A DNA stretch of 64,000 bases from an uncultured Acidobacteriota bacterium (GCA_963709105.1 CAVPVC010000016.1:526700-590699); one strand, 5' to 3'. Shown: positions 26,557 through 37,687, counted from the stretch's first letter. Numbers and translations are program-made. Notes: generated by a model from the letters alone, not told the origin.

Positions 26557-27789
26557 CTAAAAGCTTCCACGGCGCGGCAGAACGTCCACCCATTCGCCCG
26601 CTTCGAGGTGCAGACGCGGCTGATCCACTCGGACAAAACAATTCCCGCGCACGACCGCGCCGATATCGCCCGAGCCTTCCCATAGCATCAATTCGACGTG
26701 CGGCTCGCCGTTGGGCCAGCTGACGCGCGCCGGGAGATAGTGCGCTACGCCGGCCTTTTCGTCGATGGCATGGCCGAGGCGGGCCTTGAAAAACGGCAGA
26801 GGCTGCGGCTTGTAGCAGGCTAGCAGCTCGATCACCGGCACGGCGAACAGCTCGAAGGTGACCATCGTGGAGACGGGATTTCCCGGGAGTCCCAGAACCG
26901 GCTTGCCCTTGCACCAGCCGAACACGGCGGGCTTTCCCGGGCGCAGCGCCACCGCGTCGAAAAAGAATTCGGCGTCCAGTTCGCGCAGGGCCGTTTCGGC
27001 CAGGTCGTACTTTCCCACGGACATGCCGCCGCTCAGCAGCAGAAGGTCGGATGTAAGGCCCTGCTCGATTTTCGCTCGGAGTTCCGCCATATCGTCGCGC
27101 GCATTCTCGAGCGGCACTGGCTCGCCGCCGGCCAGGGCCACCTGCGCGGAAAGAGAGATCGTGTTGCTGTTGCGGATCTGAAACGGGCCGGGCTTCTGGT
27201 CCACTTCCACCACTTCGTCGCCGGTTGAAAGAATCGCCACGCGCGGACGCCGGATCACCTGCGCCCGGACGCGGCCCACTTCCGCGGCCATGGCGAGCTC
27301 GGCATAGCTGATGCGCGTGCCCTTCGTGACCACCACTTCTCCGACGCGCGCTTCGGCCCCGGCGTGAACGTAGTGCTGCCCGGGCTTCGCCGCTTGTTCG
27401 AAGATGACGGAGTCGCCTTCTTCGCGGGCGTACTCCTGCATGAGCACGGTGTTCGTGCCGCGCGGCAGAGCCGCGCCGGTCAGAATGCGCACGCACTGCC
27501 CCGGTTCGACGGCGCCGCTGAAAGCCACACCCGCGCGGCTTTCGCCCACTAACTTGAGCTTCGCCCCCGGCTGCGCGGCATCGGCGGCGCGCAGGGCAAA
27601 GCCATCGCGGATGGAACGGTCAAAGGGAGGGTAATTGCGGTCCGCGACGATGTTTTCGGCGAGGATGCGTCCGAGGGCCTGCGAAGGATCGCGCGCAAAT
27701 TCGACTGTCTCCGTCTTGGGCGGGCATTTCCCCGCTTTTGCGGTGACAACCTCGATTACCTTTGCGCGCGCCTCTTCAACGGAGAGCAT
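26557..27789 (-). CDS. moeA: molybdopterin molybdotransferase MoeA
   Basis: 410 aa, intact. Contains PPFDRSIRDGFA, LLLSGGMSVGKYD and GLPGNPVST. Confidence 0.9.
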   Translation of the reverse strand: MLSVEEARAKVIEVVTAKAGKCPPKTETVEFARDPSQALGRILAENIVADRNYPPFDRSIRDGFALRAADAAQPGAKLKLVGESRAGVAFSGAVEPGQCVRILTGAALPRGTNTVLMQEYAREEGDSVIFEQAAKPGQHYVHAGAEARVGEVVVTKGTRISYAELAMAAEVGRVRAQVIRRPRVAILSTGDEVVEVDQKPGPFQIRNSNTISLSAQVALAGGEPVPLENARDDMAELRAKIEQGLTSDLLLLSGGMSVGKYDLAETALRELDAEFFFDAVALRPGKPAVFGWCKGKPVLGLPGNPVSTMVTFELFAVPVIELLACYKPQPLPFFKARLGHAIDEKAGVAHYLPARVSWPNGEPHVELMLWEGSGDIGAVVRGNCFVRVDQPRLHLEAGEWVDVLPRRGSF

Positions 27790-27795
27790 TTCAGG

Positions 27796-29131
<1,336 letters not shown>

Positions 29132-29299
29132 ACTGGAGTCGCACCTTGCCCATCCCGTTTACGGCACGAAATACTACAGGAGGGTGGGTGAGGCAAAAGC
29201 CAAATAGCAATCCTACGCTGTCGCCGTGCCCCAAGGCAAGGGCTGTGCTTGATGGGTAGTGGGTCAGTTTCCGGGAATCCGACTTGCGAGGAGCTACAG

Positions 29300-30491
29300 C
29301 AAAATCCTATCGAAAAACACCGCCATAATTAAATCCTGAGTCTACTTGAACGCTCCCATTCGGATTAACGATAACTTCGCGGCGAATAGGAACACCTAGT
29401 AGTCGCAGTGAATTCGTTACTACGGACCCGGCGGGTGGGGTCAGAGTATTTCCATCGGATCGGCCGAGCATTGGCGGAGTAGGCGTTGATGTAGCGTCGG
29501 AGTTTGCGAGCCAAGTCGGAAACCGAGGTGAAGATGCCACGTGCGATGACCTCGCGTTCGATCTTGGCGAACCAGATCTCGACTTGGTTGAGCCAGGAGG
29601 AATAAGTGGGCGTGAAGTGAAACCGGACTCGCGGGTGTTGTTGGAGGAACTCACGGACCGCCCGAGTTTTGTGCGCGGAGAGATTGTCCAGAATGATGTG
29701 AATCTGTTGCCGAGGGGGACACAAGGATAGGACCTCTTGCAAAAAGGTGACGAACTCATGGCTGGTATGGCGGGCAGCGGTTTTGCCGTGGACGCGACCG
29801 GTGGCCGTATTCAGCGCCGCATACAAAGAGAGTGTTCCCTGCCGGTAGTACTCAAAGCCGTGGCGTTCGGCGCGGCCTGGCGAGAGCGGCAGGACGGGAT
29901 CGAGACGATCCAAGGCTTGAATGGCGGTCTGCTCATCGACGCAAAACACGGCCGCGTGTTGGGGCGGCTGCAGATAAAGGCCGAGGATGTCAGCCGTTTT
30001 GCTTTCGAACTCGGGATCATCGCTGGCCCTGTAGCGTTCGAGGCGGTGCGGTTTCAGGCCGGCTTCTTGCCAAACCCGATGCACGGCGTCTTTGCTGACG
30101 CCCAATGCGGTAGCCAGCTTGCGGCAACTCCAGGGTGTAGACCCATCGCTGGGTTTTCTCCGCGTGGCGGACAGGATGCGGGCGCGCAGAGCGGGAGTCA
30201 GTACATTGGGCTTTTGCCCGGGATGATAGGTGTCCAGTCCCTCGAGTCCGCAACGCCGGAAGCGCTGCTTCCAACGCACAATGGTGGGCGCCGTGGTCTG
30301 GAGTTGTCGCTTGATCGCGTTGAAGGACGTGCCTTCCGCTAGCAACAGAATCAGCTTGGCGCGAAACACGTATCCGGCGGGCAGCGAACGAGACTGGGCG
30401 ATGCTGCTTAGATCGAAATGCGGTTGTCGGGTGAGCAGGACTTCACTGCCGCTGACCATGACAGATTAAGATGCCGACAGCCTAGTAATGG
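29300..30491 (-). mobile_element. IS630-family insertion sequence (boundaries approximate)
   Basis: Contains a single DDE transposase ORF. It lies between purA and a lower-GC orphan gene. I could not define the terminal inverted repeats by eye. Confidence 0.6.
29365..30459 (-). CDS. IS630-family DDE transposase
   Basis: 364 aa with an N-terminal HTH (FNAIKRQLQTTAPTIVRWKQRF). The DDE_3-like core is VFCVDEQTAIQAL...IILDNLSAHK...TPTYSSWLNQVEIWF. Confidence 0.85.
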   Translation of the reverse strand: MVSGSEVLLTRQPHFDLSSIAQSRSLPAGYVFRAKLILLLAEGTSFNAIKRQLQTTAPTIVRWKQRFRRCGLEGLDTYHPGQKPNVLTPALRARILSATRRKPSDGSTPWSCRKLATALGVSKDAVHRVWQEAGLKPHRLERYRASDDPEFESKTADILGLYLQPPQHAAVFCVDEQTAIQALDRLDPVLPLSPGRAERHGFEYYRQGTLSLYAALNTATGRVHGKTAARHTSHEFVTFLQEVLSLCPPRQQIHIILDNLSAHKTRAVREFLQQHPRVRFHFTPTYSSWLNQVEIWFAKIEREVIARGIFTSVSDLARKLRRYINAYSANARPIRWKYSDPTRRVRSNEFTATTRCSYSPRSYR

Positions 30492-32138
30492 TTACTCTGG
30501 GGCTCGGGCGATCATTACTTCCTCCATCGTACGGAGATACGGATCGGGAATCTCATCTATCGTTTCGCGGGTTCTATCGAATGAAGCATGGATTCCGAGT
30601 GTGATCATCCGTCGGTAGACCTGGGCTGAATCCCACAGGCCCGTCGGGAACTGCTTAAGTTTGTCGGACGCTAAATCGTGTTCATAAAGGCTATGTGCCA
30701 GATCAAAACCCTCTTTGACTGCGCCATACGCAGCATCGCGGTCGCCGAGGTGCAAATAAAGATCGGCTGCTCGTGCAATGAAGTAAACGCGTTCTTGCTC
30801 GGGAATTTGCGGCACAATTTTGAGTGCGCTCTGAAGAGCCGATCGCGCCGCGGAAGGAGCATTAATGTTAATGCAACCACCAGCGATGAACAGAAATAGC
30901 TCGGTCCGAGGATAGGTCGGCTGACCTAGACGATTTTCGCGAACCAACGGTACCGCCTGCGCCGCGCTCTCCAGGCGCAGTGGGAGATCAGGAGGGCAGA
31001 GCTTCAGTTGGTCGAGTACTGCGACTTCGGGTCCGTTGGGATAATCGTATGAATCAAAATGGCTGCCCGTAAGATCGATTTGGTAAGTCAGAGGTGTCGT
31101 CAGCTCGAAACCCTCGTCCTGAGCGCCTAAGTTTAGTCCGTCGCTGGGGTTGCTCCAAAGCCGCAAATCCATAGGTTTTTGATTATTCGGAGTGATGGAA
31201 TAGTCCAGTGTGAAATCGAAGGCGGCCAGGGATTCAATCCCTTTGGGGTACCGCTTCAAGGCATCAGCAACCTCAGGGCGCTCAGCGATCAGGGGAATGG
31301 CCTGATCTGGTTCTACATCCTTAATGGTCGGGGCAATCTTGAACAGCTCTAGGTCGTAAAGGGAATGGAACCCTACTCCGCCCATCCCCATCCCTTGAAA
31401 TGGGTGCTGTCGATCTTCGCGTTCGGCGTCAGCTAGAACAGTACTAATTGCGTCTGAAACCAACACCGGTGGCAATTGAGTGTGAAAGCGAACAACCCAA
31501 ACGGAGAGAAAATCGTAGTTACCGGGATGGCTCTTACAATAGCGAATCAGTTCGTCGGTGATGCGGCTTCGCTGATCGGAAGAGATTTTTGCTAGCGTTG
31601 CCATCAAATGAATTGCGGGATCACCTGGCGGGCTTCCCGTGGCGAGATCAGCTTCGAACGCTTCGATGGCCTTTGCATAATCCGCATGGTATAGCCAATA
31701 CATCACAAGGTTCCGAAGTAGACGATGCCTGGTTTCGATTTCTGCGACTGGCAGTAGATTCGTAACATCTTCCGCAGAAAGCGGAAGCAGTTCGTTCAAA
31801 ATGGCATTTTCGAGTGGCACACGTACGGCCATGGTCGATTGGCGCGCCAGGACGAAAGCCTGACCATAGAGTGAGCGGGCGCGTGAAGTGTCAATGGCAA
31901 CCCATGCTCCAGCAACTCGATAGAGAAGAAGCGCATGAGCCGTTACATCAGAGGATCCGGAAGCCTCGGCATGCAAGAGCAACTGCCGCGCAAGCTCAAT
32001 ATCCACCCGAGCCTCCGGAGGTTCAGATTGTTTCTTTCCTTCCTTTCCTTGTGCGTAAAAAGCCTCAGCGGTTCCGGCAGCAAGTAAGGCGCATAGGAAC
32101 CACGCGACGGTTCTGAGAGTCAAAGAGGGCTTCAGCAT
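30492..32138 (-). CDS. hypothetical secreted protein (548 aa), lower GC than the flanks
   Basis: Signal peptide MLKPSLTLRTVAWFLCALLAAGTAEA. I recognise no motif. Sampled lines give about 48-60% GC against about 63% elsewhere. No frameshifts. Confidence 0.6.
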   Translation of the reverse strand: MLKPSLTLRTVAWFLCALLAAGTAEAFYAQGKEGKKQSEPPEARVDIELARQLLLHAEASGSSDVTAHALLLYRVAGAWVAIDTSRARSLYGQAFVLARQSTMAVRVPLENAILNELLPLSAEDVTNLLPVAEIETRHRLLRNLVMYWLYHADYAKAIEAFEADLATGSPPGDPAIHLMATLAKISSDQRSRITDELIRYCKSHPGNYDFLSVWVVRFHTQLPPVLVSDAISTVLADAEREDRQHPFQGMGMGGVGFHSLYDLELFKIAPTIKDVEPDQAIPLIAERPEVADALKRYPKGIESLAAFDFTLDYSITPNNQKPMDLRLWSNPSDGLNLGAQDEGFELTTPLTYQIDLTGSHFDSYDYPNGPEVAVLDQLKLCPPDLPLRLESAAQAVPLVRENRLGQPTYPRTELFLFIAGGCININAPSAARSALQSALKIVPQIPEQERVYFIARAADLYLHLGDRDAAYGAVKEGFDLAHSLYEHDLASDKLKQFPTGLWDSAQVYRRMITLGIHASFDRTRETIDEIPDPYLRTMEEVMIARAPE

Positions 32139-32319
32139 TCAGCGCAATAATATCTCAAAAAGGGTAGTACCGATTAACGCAGCCAGCTCAACCGGAAGCT
32201 GACCCACTACCGCCCGATGCTTTACGCCTCGCAACACCGGCAGGTTTCGCGCGCGGAGCGGAGCAGGCACGTCGGATACTATGGAGTGCTGAGCAGGAAT
32301 TCATTGAAAGCGGAGACGC

Positions 32320-32913
32320 GTGCGCATGGACGAGACGAAGAATCCCTGGACGGTGATTTCCAAGGAAACGCGCTACGAGAACGCGTGGATTCGCGTGGAT
32401 CATCACGAGGTCCGCAATCCCGGCGGCGGACCCGGCGTCTACGGCGTGGTGCATTTCAAGAATCACGCGCTGGGCGTTGTCCCCATCGATGAGAAGGGAA
32501 ACACGATTCTGGTGGGGCAGTATCGCTTCCCTACGGGTGCTTACAGCTGGGAGATTCCGGAGGGGGGCGGGCTGGTTGGCAAGCCGCTGCTTGAATCGGT
32601 GCAGCGGGAACTTCTGGAGGAGTGCGGCGTTACCGCCGGGCAATGGCTGCAAATCCTTGGCATGGACCTTTCCAACAGCGTTACCAACGAGCAGGGCACA
32701 GCTTTTCTGGCGTGGGACCTCAGCGAGGGAGTCGCTCAGCCGGAGGAGACCGAGCAGCTCAGGGTTTTGCGGGTGCCCTTCTGGGAGGCGGTTGCGCGCG
32801 TGGAGCGCGGGGAGATTCGCGACCTTATGAGCGTGGCGGCGTTGCTGCGCGTCGCGCTCATGGCTTGCCAGGGGCAGCTTCCGGAGGCGGTCGGGCGGGT
32901 GCTTGAGCGCTGA
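32320..32913 (+). CDS. NUDIX hydrolase (ADP-ribose pyrophosphatase-like)
   Basis: Nudix box EIPEGGGLVGKPLLESVQRELLEECGV. Confidence 0.85.
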   Translation: MRMDETKNPWTVISKETRYENAWIRVDHHEVRNPGGGPGVYGVVHFKNHALGVVPIDEKGNTILVGQYRFPTGAYSWEIPEGGGLVGKPLLESVQRELLEECGVTAGQWLQILGMDLSNSVTNEQGTAFLAWDLSEGVAQPEETEQLRVLRVPFWEAVARVERGEIRDLMSVAALLRVALMACQGQLPEAVGRVLER

Positions 32914-32964
32914 CGGAATGACTGCGCATGGGGAGGCGGACTGCGGCGCAGAGGTGAGACACAG

Positions 32965-32984
32965 CGCCAATCGGGAGATTGGCG
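32965..32984 (+). repeat. family B hairpin element, copy 1 (CGCCAATC GGGA GATTGGCG)
   Basis: Lies 52 nt after the NUDIX stop, preceded by GAGACACAG and followed by TTCCC. Confidence 0.75.
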
Positions 32985-33065
32985 TTCCCATGAGGGGCGA
33001 CGCTTGGCGCGCCGGAGCTTTGACAGGTGGAATGCTTGACAGCTGAAGAAGAAGCAGGTCCCTCA

Positions 33066-33101
33066 CCCATCCGCGCTTCGCGCGTATGGTCTCAGGATGA
33101 C
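33066..33101 (-). repeat. degenerate family A repeat unit
   Basis: The reverse complement reads GTCATCCTGAGACCATACGCGCGAAGCGCGGATGGG. Confidence 0.5.
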
Positions 33102-33124
33102 AACGAGAGCAAAGGCAGCGGCAA

Positions 33125-33161
33125 GAAAAACACGAAGACCGACCCTTAACACCGAAGGGTC
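33125..33161 (-). terminator. probable intrinsic terminator downstream of tag
   Basis: On the minus strand: CGACCCTT CGGTGT AAGGGTCG, then GTCTTCGTGTTTTTCTTG. Confidence 0.5.
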
Positions 33162-33205
33162 GGGCACCCGAAAACGAGTCGAAAAGTCACAGCCTCTGAG
33201 CGGAG

Positions 33206-33774
33206 TCAGGGTTGAATCTGGGGGCGGCGAAAACAATCTGGGGCGTGATCGTTTACCATGCCTACCGCTTGCATGAACGCGTAACAGATCGTGGTGCCTA
33301 CGAAGCGAAAGCCGCGGCGCTTCAGGTCTTTGCTCATGGCGTCCGATTCGGGCGTTCGCGTGATTATTTTCCGGCGACTCGGGCGCCTTCGATGGGGTTT
33401 TCTTGCTGCGGGCTGGCGCAAACTGCCAGATGTAGCGATCGAAGCTGCCGAATTCCTTCACTACCGCTCGATACGCCTGGGCATTGGAGATGGCGGCGGC
33501 AATCTTCAGGCGGTTGCGCACTATTCCCGCATTGGCCATCAGCTCCCGCGCTTTTTTTGCGTCGTAGCGGGCGATCTTCTCAGGATCGAAAGAATCGAAG
33601 GCCTTGCGGTAGTTTTCGCGCTTCTTGAGGATGGTTTCCCAGCTTAGGCCGGCCTGGGCGCCTTCTAGTATCAGGAACTCGAAGAGCTGGCGGTCGTCAT
33701 GGAGCGGGACGCCCCACTCGCGGTCGTGATATTGCCATCATGGCCGGGCTTTGGGCCCAGCGGCATCGGCGCAC
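33206..33774 (-). CDS. tag: DNA-3-methyladenine glycosylase I, two frameshifts (about 33735 and 33380-33400)
   Basis: It reads (GTG)RRCRWAQSPAMMA | YHDREWGVPLHDDRQLFEFLILEGAQAGLSWETILKKRENYRKAF...IVRNRLKI...YIWQFAP | TPESDAMSKDLKRRGFRFVGTTICYAFMQAVGMVNDH, spread over three frames. It aligns along its length with E. coli Tag recalled from memory. Confidence 0.85.
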
Positions 33775-34042
33775 TTCTTTTTTGGCGGCGCTTTTCACGA
33801 GTGGAAGTTTCACATTCGCTGCGGCGGATAGGCAATGCGGACAAAGGCAGTCGCGATACTTGGCGCGCAAACCGGCGAGCGTTTCCGGCGCCCAGCTTTA
33901 CGGCGTCGCACCAGCAGGCCACGCCCGACGCGGCGCCGCAGGAAAAAAGTGCGCCGCAGCTTTCGCACGTCTTCTGCGCGGGCTCACGACGCGGATGGTC
34001 TATTCCTGTTCGGTCGGCGTTCACTGCGGAACCGCCAGTCAC
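33671..34042 (-). CDS. cysteine-rich CWC-family protein (one frameshift near 33890); reading frame runs into tag
   Basis: CESCGALFSCGAASGVACWCDAVKL, then after a shift APETLAGLRAKYRDCLCPHCL. There is no stop before the tag start in that frame. Confidence 0.55.
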   Translation of the reverse strand: MTGGSAVNADRTGIDHPRREPAQKTCESCGALFSCGAASGVACWCDAVKLGAGNARRFARQVSRLPLSALPIRRSECETSTREKRRQKRSAPMPLGPKPGHDGNITTASGASRSMTTASSSSS

Positions 34043-34067
34043 TCGTTCACGTGCGGAGGAAACGCGC

Positions 34068-34412
34068 CTACGACGAGGCGACGATGTGGCGCTCGAGGAC
34101 CTTCACGATCTGTTCCTTGGGAACCGCGCCGACGATCTGATCGGCCACCTGGCCGCCCTTGAAAACGAGCAGCGTGGGAATCCCGCGGATATTGAACTTG
34201 CCCGCCGCGTTCATATTCTCGTCGACGTTCAGCTTTACCACCTTGACCTTGCCGGCATGCTCGCGCGCGATCTCTTCCACGGTGGGCGACAGCATGTGGC
34301 ACGGACGGCACCAGTCCGCCCAGAAGTCCACCATCACCGGCTGCGTCTTGCTGGCTTCGATGACGTCCGCCTGGAAGTTCGCGTCGGTGACTGCTTGAAT
34401 GTTATCTGCCAT
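34068..34412 (-). CDS. trxA: thioredoxin (active site WCRPC)
   Basis: VMVDFWADWCRPCHMLSPTVEEIA...GIPTLLVFKGG. Confidence 0.9.
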   Translation of the reverse strand: MADNIQAVTDANFQADVIEASKTQPVMVDFWADWCRPCHMLSPTVEEIAREHAGKVKVVKLNVDENMNAAGKFNIRGIPTLLVFKGGQVADQIVGAVPKEQIVKVLERHIVASS

Positions 34413-34466
34413 GTTTGTCCTTATTTTCCTTTATCGAGCGCGACCGGCTGAGGGGCCGTCGCGGCT

Positions 34467-35936
34467 CTATCCTTTAGATGTTTTCGCAACCCTGGGGATT
34501 CTGGATCTCTTCGCCGCTTCGTACAGCGTCACATAGGACGCCGCCGAAGCCTTCCAGGAAAAGTCCCTGGCCATGCCGTTGGCCCGCACCGCGCACCATG
34601 CCGCGGGGTCGCGGTAGGTCGCAAGAGCGATTCGAAGGCATTCCAGGAGCGCTGGTCCATTGTACTCTTCGAACTTGAATCCCGTACCTTGTTTCGTGCG
34701 CGGATCGAAATTTTGTACCGTATCGTCGAGGCCGCCGGTGGCGCGAACGACGGGCACCGTGCCATAGCGCAGGCTGTAAATCTGGCTGAGCCCGCAGGGC
34801 TCGTAGCGCGAGGGCATCAGGAACATGTCGGCGCCTGCCTCGACTTTATGGGCTGTGGCGTTGTCGTAGCCGATTTTTACGGCCACGCGCTCGGGATGCC
34901 GCTGCGCTAGATGCTGGAATAGCCCCTCGTATTCCGGCTGCCCGGTGCCGATCGCGACGAGCGCCAGGTCTTCGGCCATGAGTTCGTCGGCGATCGGCGG
35001 CTATCAGGTCAAATCCCTTCTGGTTGACGAAGCGCGAGACGATTCCGATCACCGGGCGGTCCAGATTCTCGGACGGCAAGCCGAACACGTCGAGCAGATC
35101 CTTTTTGCAGGCATGCTTGCCTTCGAGATCGTGCACGGAGTAATTCTGCGCGATCAGCTTGTCCGCCTCGGGGCTCCACTCGGAATAATCGGCGCCGTTG
35201 AGTATGCCAACCATACGGTCCGCGCGGCCCTGGACCACGCCGTCGAGTCCCCAGCCGTATTCCGGCGTCTGAATTTCCTTCGCGTAACGGCGGCTCACGG
35301 TGGTCAGATAATCCGCGAAAAGCAGGCCGCCCTTCAGAAAGTTGACCTTCCCGTAGAATTCGAGCGCATTCAGGTTGAACAGGCTCGCCGGGAGTCCACA
35401 CTTGCGCAGCGCGGTTTCCGGGAACAAACCCTGGTAGCCGAGATTGTGAATCGTCAGCACCACCGGAAGAGAACGCACGGCGGGATCTTCGGCGTGCTGC
35501 GTGCGCAGGAGCACCGGCACGAGCCCGTCTGCCAGTCGTGGCAATGAACCACGTCGGGCAGCCAAACGCGCTTCATGAATTCGATGGCGGCGCGCGAAAA
35601 CTCGGTGAAGCGCTCGGCGTTGTCGGGATAATCGCCGCTCTTATCGCCGTAAATATGGGGGCGCTCGAAGAATTCCGGGTCGCTGACGAAGAAATAGCGG
35701 ACGCCGTGGTGCGGCTGGCCTTCGCCGATCATGGGGAACCGCAGGGTATCGCCCAGCGCAATGCTGAGGCTGGAGATCAGAACCGAATTGACCTTGTTGC
35801 CGTGGTAGCGCGGGAGCAGGACCGCTACCTCGTGCCCCATCTGGCACAGCGCTTTCGGCAGAGCTTCGACAACGTCTGCCAGGCCGCCTGTTTTTGAGTA
35901 GGGTAATCCTTCCGAAGCGACGAAGAGGATTTTCAT
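34467..35936 (-). CDS. glgA: glycogen synthase (ADP-glucose type), two frameshifts (about 35523 and 34990)
   Basis: MKILFVASEGLPYSKTGGLADVV...HCHDWQTG | LVPVLL...LTIHNLGYQG...VSRFVNQKGFDLIA | ELMAEDLALVAIGTG...MPSRYEPCGLSQIY, spread across ORFs 35454-35999, 34846-35565 and 34467-34979. Confidence 0.9.
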
Positions 35937-36090
35937 GGCGCCCCATGGGCGTGGAAAGTCGTGCATAAAAACGTTAACGAATGCCGGAGAACCCGTCAAG
36001 GCAATGTCGGGCTAGCCGTACGATCTAATCACACGCGCGGCGGCGCGGCAAATGCCGAATAGGCTGCGGGCGGACGGCCTGGCGCGCGAT

Positions 36091-36119
36091 TTGTTCGCTG
36101 CGTGGCGCGTTGCTACACT
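36091..36119 (+). promoter_or_regulatory. possible sigma-70 promoter TTGTTC-N17-TACACT for rsmA
   Basis: TTGTTC is at 36091-36096 and TACACT at 36114-36119. The ATG at 36128 is only 8 nt downstream, so the mRNA could be leaderless. Confidence 0.3.
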
Positions 36120-36922
36120 GCATCGCAATGTCACGACAGCGAATGGGGCAGCACTTTCTCGCCGATTCGGGATGGCAGCAGCGAATCCTCCGAACGCTTC
36201 CCTGCCACCCCGGCGAGCGATGGATCGAGATCGGCGCCGGCCACGGGGAAATGACTCGGCTGCTTGCCGCCGAGGGTTGCCGCGTGACGGCAATCGAGGC
36301 CGATCCGCCCCTGGCTGCGAGCCTTCGCGAGCGCGTGCAAAGCGATCCCTCCGCGTGGCCTGGCGTCGAGGTGGTCGCTGGCGACGTTCTCACTACCGAC
36401 ATTCCCGCGCTCGTGGATGGGCAATTTCGTGTGTATGGCAACCTGCCCTACTACATCACGTCGCCGATTCTGCACCGGCTGTTCGAGTGCGCCGGGCGGA
36501 TTTCTTCGATTCACATCGTGATTCAACTGGAAGTGGCGGAGCGAATCGTGGCCCAGCCCGGTTGCCGGGAGTATGGGTACTTATCGACGATCTGCCAGTT
36601 CTACACGAAGCCCACGATCGCGATGCGGCTGCCGCCGGGAGCGTTCAGGCCGCCGCCGAAAGTGAATTCAGCGCTGGTGCAAATGACGTTGCCGGGAGAG
36701 CGCGCTTCTCTCGGCATCGCAGGAGAGGACGAAAAGCGATTCCTCGAATTCGTGCAACTGTGCTTCGGGCAAAAACGGAAAACCCTCCGGAATAATTTGC
36801 GGTCGATTGTCTCAGACGAGCAAATTCGGAAGGCGGTGGAAGGCAACGGCATTCGTTCTGACGCGCGCGCGGAACAGCTGACGATTGCTCAATTCGCCGC
36901 GCTGTTTGCGAAGTTGCGCTAG
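36110..36922 (+). CDS. rsmA: 16S rRNA (adenine1518/1519-N6)-dimethyltransferase
   Basis: GQHFL...IEIGAGHGEMT...VYGNLPYYITSPIL. The likely true start is the ATG at 36128 (MSRQRMGQHF). Confidence 0.9.
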   Translation: MLHCIAMSRQRMGQHFLADSGWQQRILRTLPCHPGERWIEIGAGHGEMTRLLAAEGCRVTAIEADPPLAASLRERVQSDPSAWPGVEVVAGDVLTTDIPALVDGQFRVYGNLPYYITSPILHRLFECAGRISSIHIVIQLEVAERIVAQPGCREYGYLSTICQFYTKPTIAMRLPPGAFRPPPKVNSALVQMTLPGERASLGIAGEDEKRFLEFVQLCFGQKRKTLRNNLRSIVSDEQIRKAVEGNGIRSDARAEQLTIAQFAALFAKLR

Positions 36923-36943
36923 CGCCGGACTGGCGCTCGGGCG

Positions 36944-37687
36944 TCACGCTTTCTTGTTGGCCATTGAATCTTCAATCAGGGCGCGGAGGCGGTCGGGGAA
37001 GTCGGTCATGATCCCGTCGACGCCGGCCGCCATCATCGCACGCATATCCGCCAGCGTGTTGGCGGTCCAGGTCACCACCTGCAAATCCGCGCGATGCGCC
37101 TTCTCGACCAGTTCGGGCGTCACGCTGGAAACCCTGGGGCAAAGCTGGCGGGCGCCCAGGTCGATGGCCGCCTGAATGGAATCCGGCTTGGCGTCTTCCA
37201 CGAGCAGACCGGTCATGATCGAAGGATCGAGACGCCGGAGCGGTGTCAGCGTCGCCGGGTCAAACGAAATCACGATCGTGCGAGGCGCGCTCTGGGCTTT
37301 CTGGAGGGCGGCCACGAGAGCATGGTCCATTCCCCAGACCGCGGCGTACTTGAGTTCGAGGTAGAAAACGACATCGTGCTCCCGGGAAAACTCCAGAATC
37401 TCTTCCAGCGTGGGGATGCGCTCGCCCATGAAGGCGCGGTCAAACCACATGCCCGCGTCCACCTCGCGAAGCTCGTCGAGGGTGAAATTGCACACGTCGC
37501 CGCTGCCGTTGGTGGTGCGCTCGACGGTATCGTCGTGGATGGCAACGAAACGCCCGTCGCGGGTGACGTGCAGGTCCGTCTCGATGAAGGTGCCGCCCAA
37601 TTCCACGGCGCGTTGAAAGGCCGCGAAGGTATTTTCGGGCGCGTGTCCCGATGCGCCGCGATGTGCAATCACCCAGGGAGGTCGCAT
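36944..37687 (-). CDS. glycerophosphodiester phosphodiesterase
   Basis: VIAHRGASGHAPENTFAAF...IETDLHVTRDGRFVAIHDDT. Confidence 0.85.
   Translation of the reverse strand: MRPPWVIAHRGASGHAPENTFAAFQRAVELGGTFIETDLHVTRDGRFVAIHDDTVERTTNGSGDVCNFTLDELREVDAGMWFDRAFMGERIPTLEEILEFSREHDVVFYLELKYAAVWGMDHALVAALQKAQSAPRTIVISFDPATLTPLRRLDPSIMTGLLVEDAKPDSIQAAIDLGARQLCPRVSSVTPELVEKAHRADLQVVTWTANTLADMRAMMAAGVDGIMTDFPDRLRALIEDSMANKKA

Noticed and set aside
29290-30495. Terminal inverted repeats and TA target duplication of the IS630 element
   Set aside because: Only weak similarity was found (CTAGTAGTCGCAG near 29398 vs CTAGGCTGTCGGC on the other end). That is not enough to call the boundaries.
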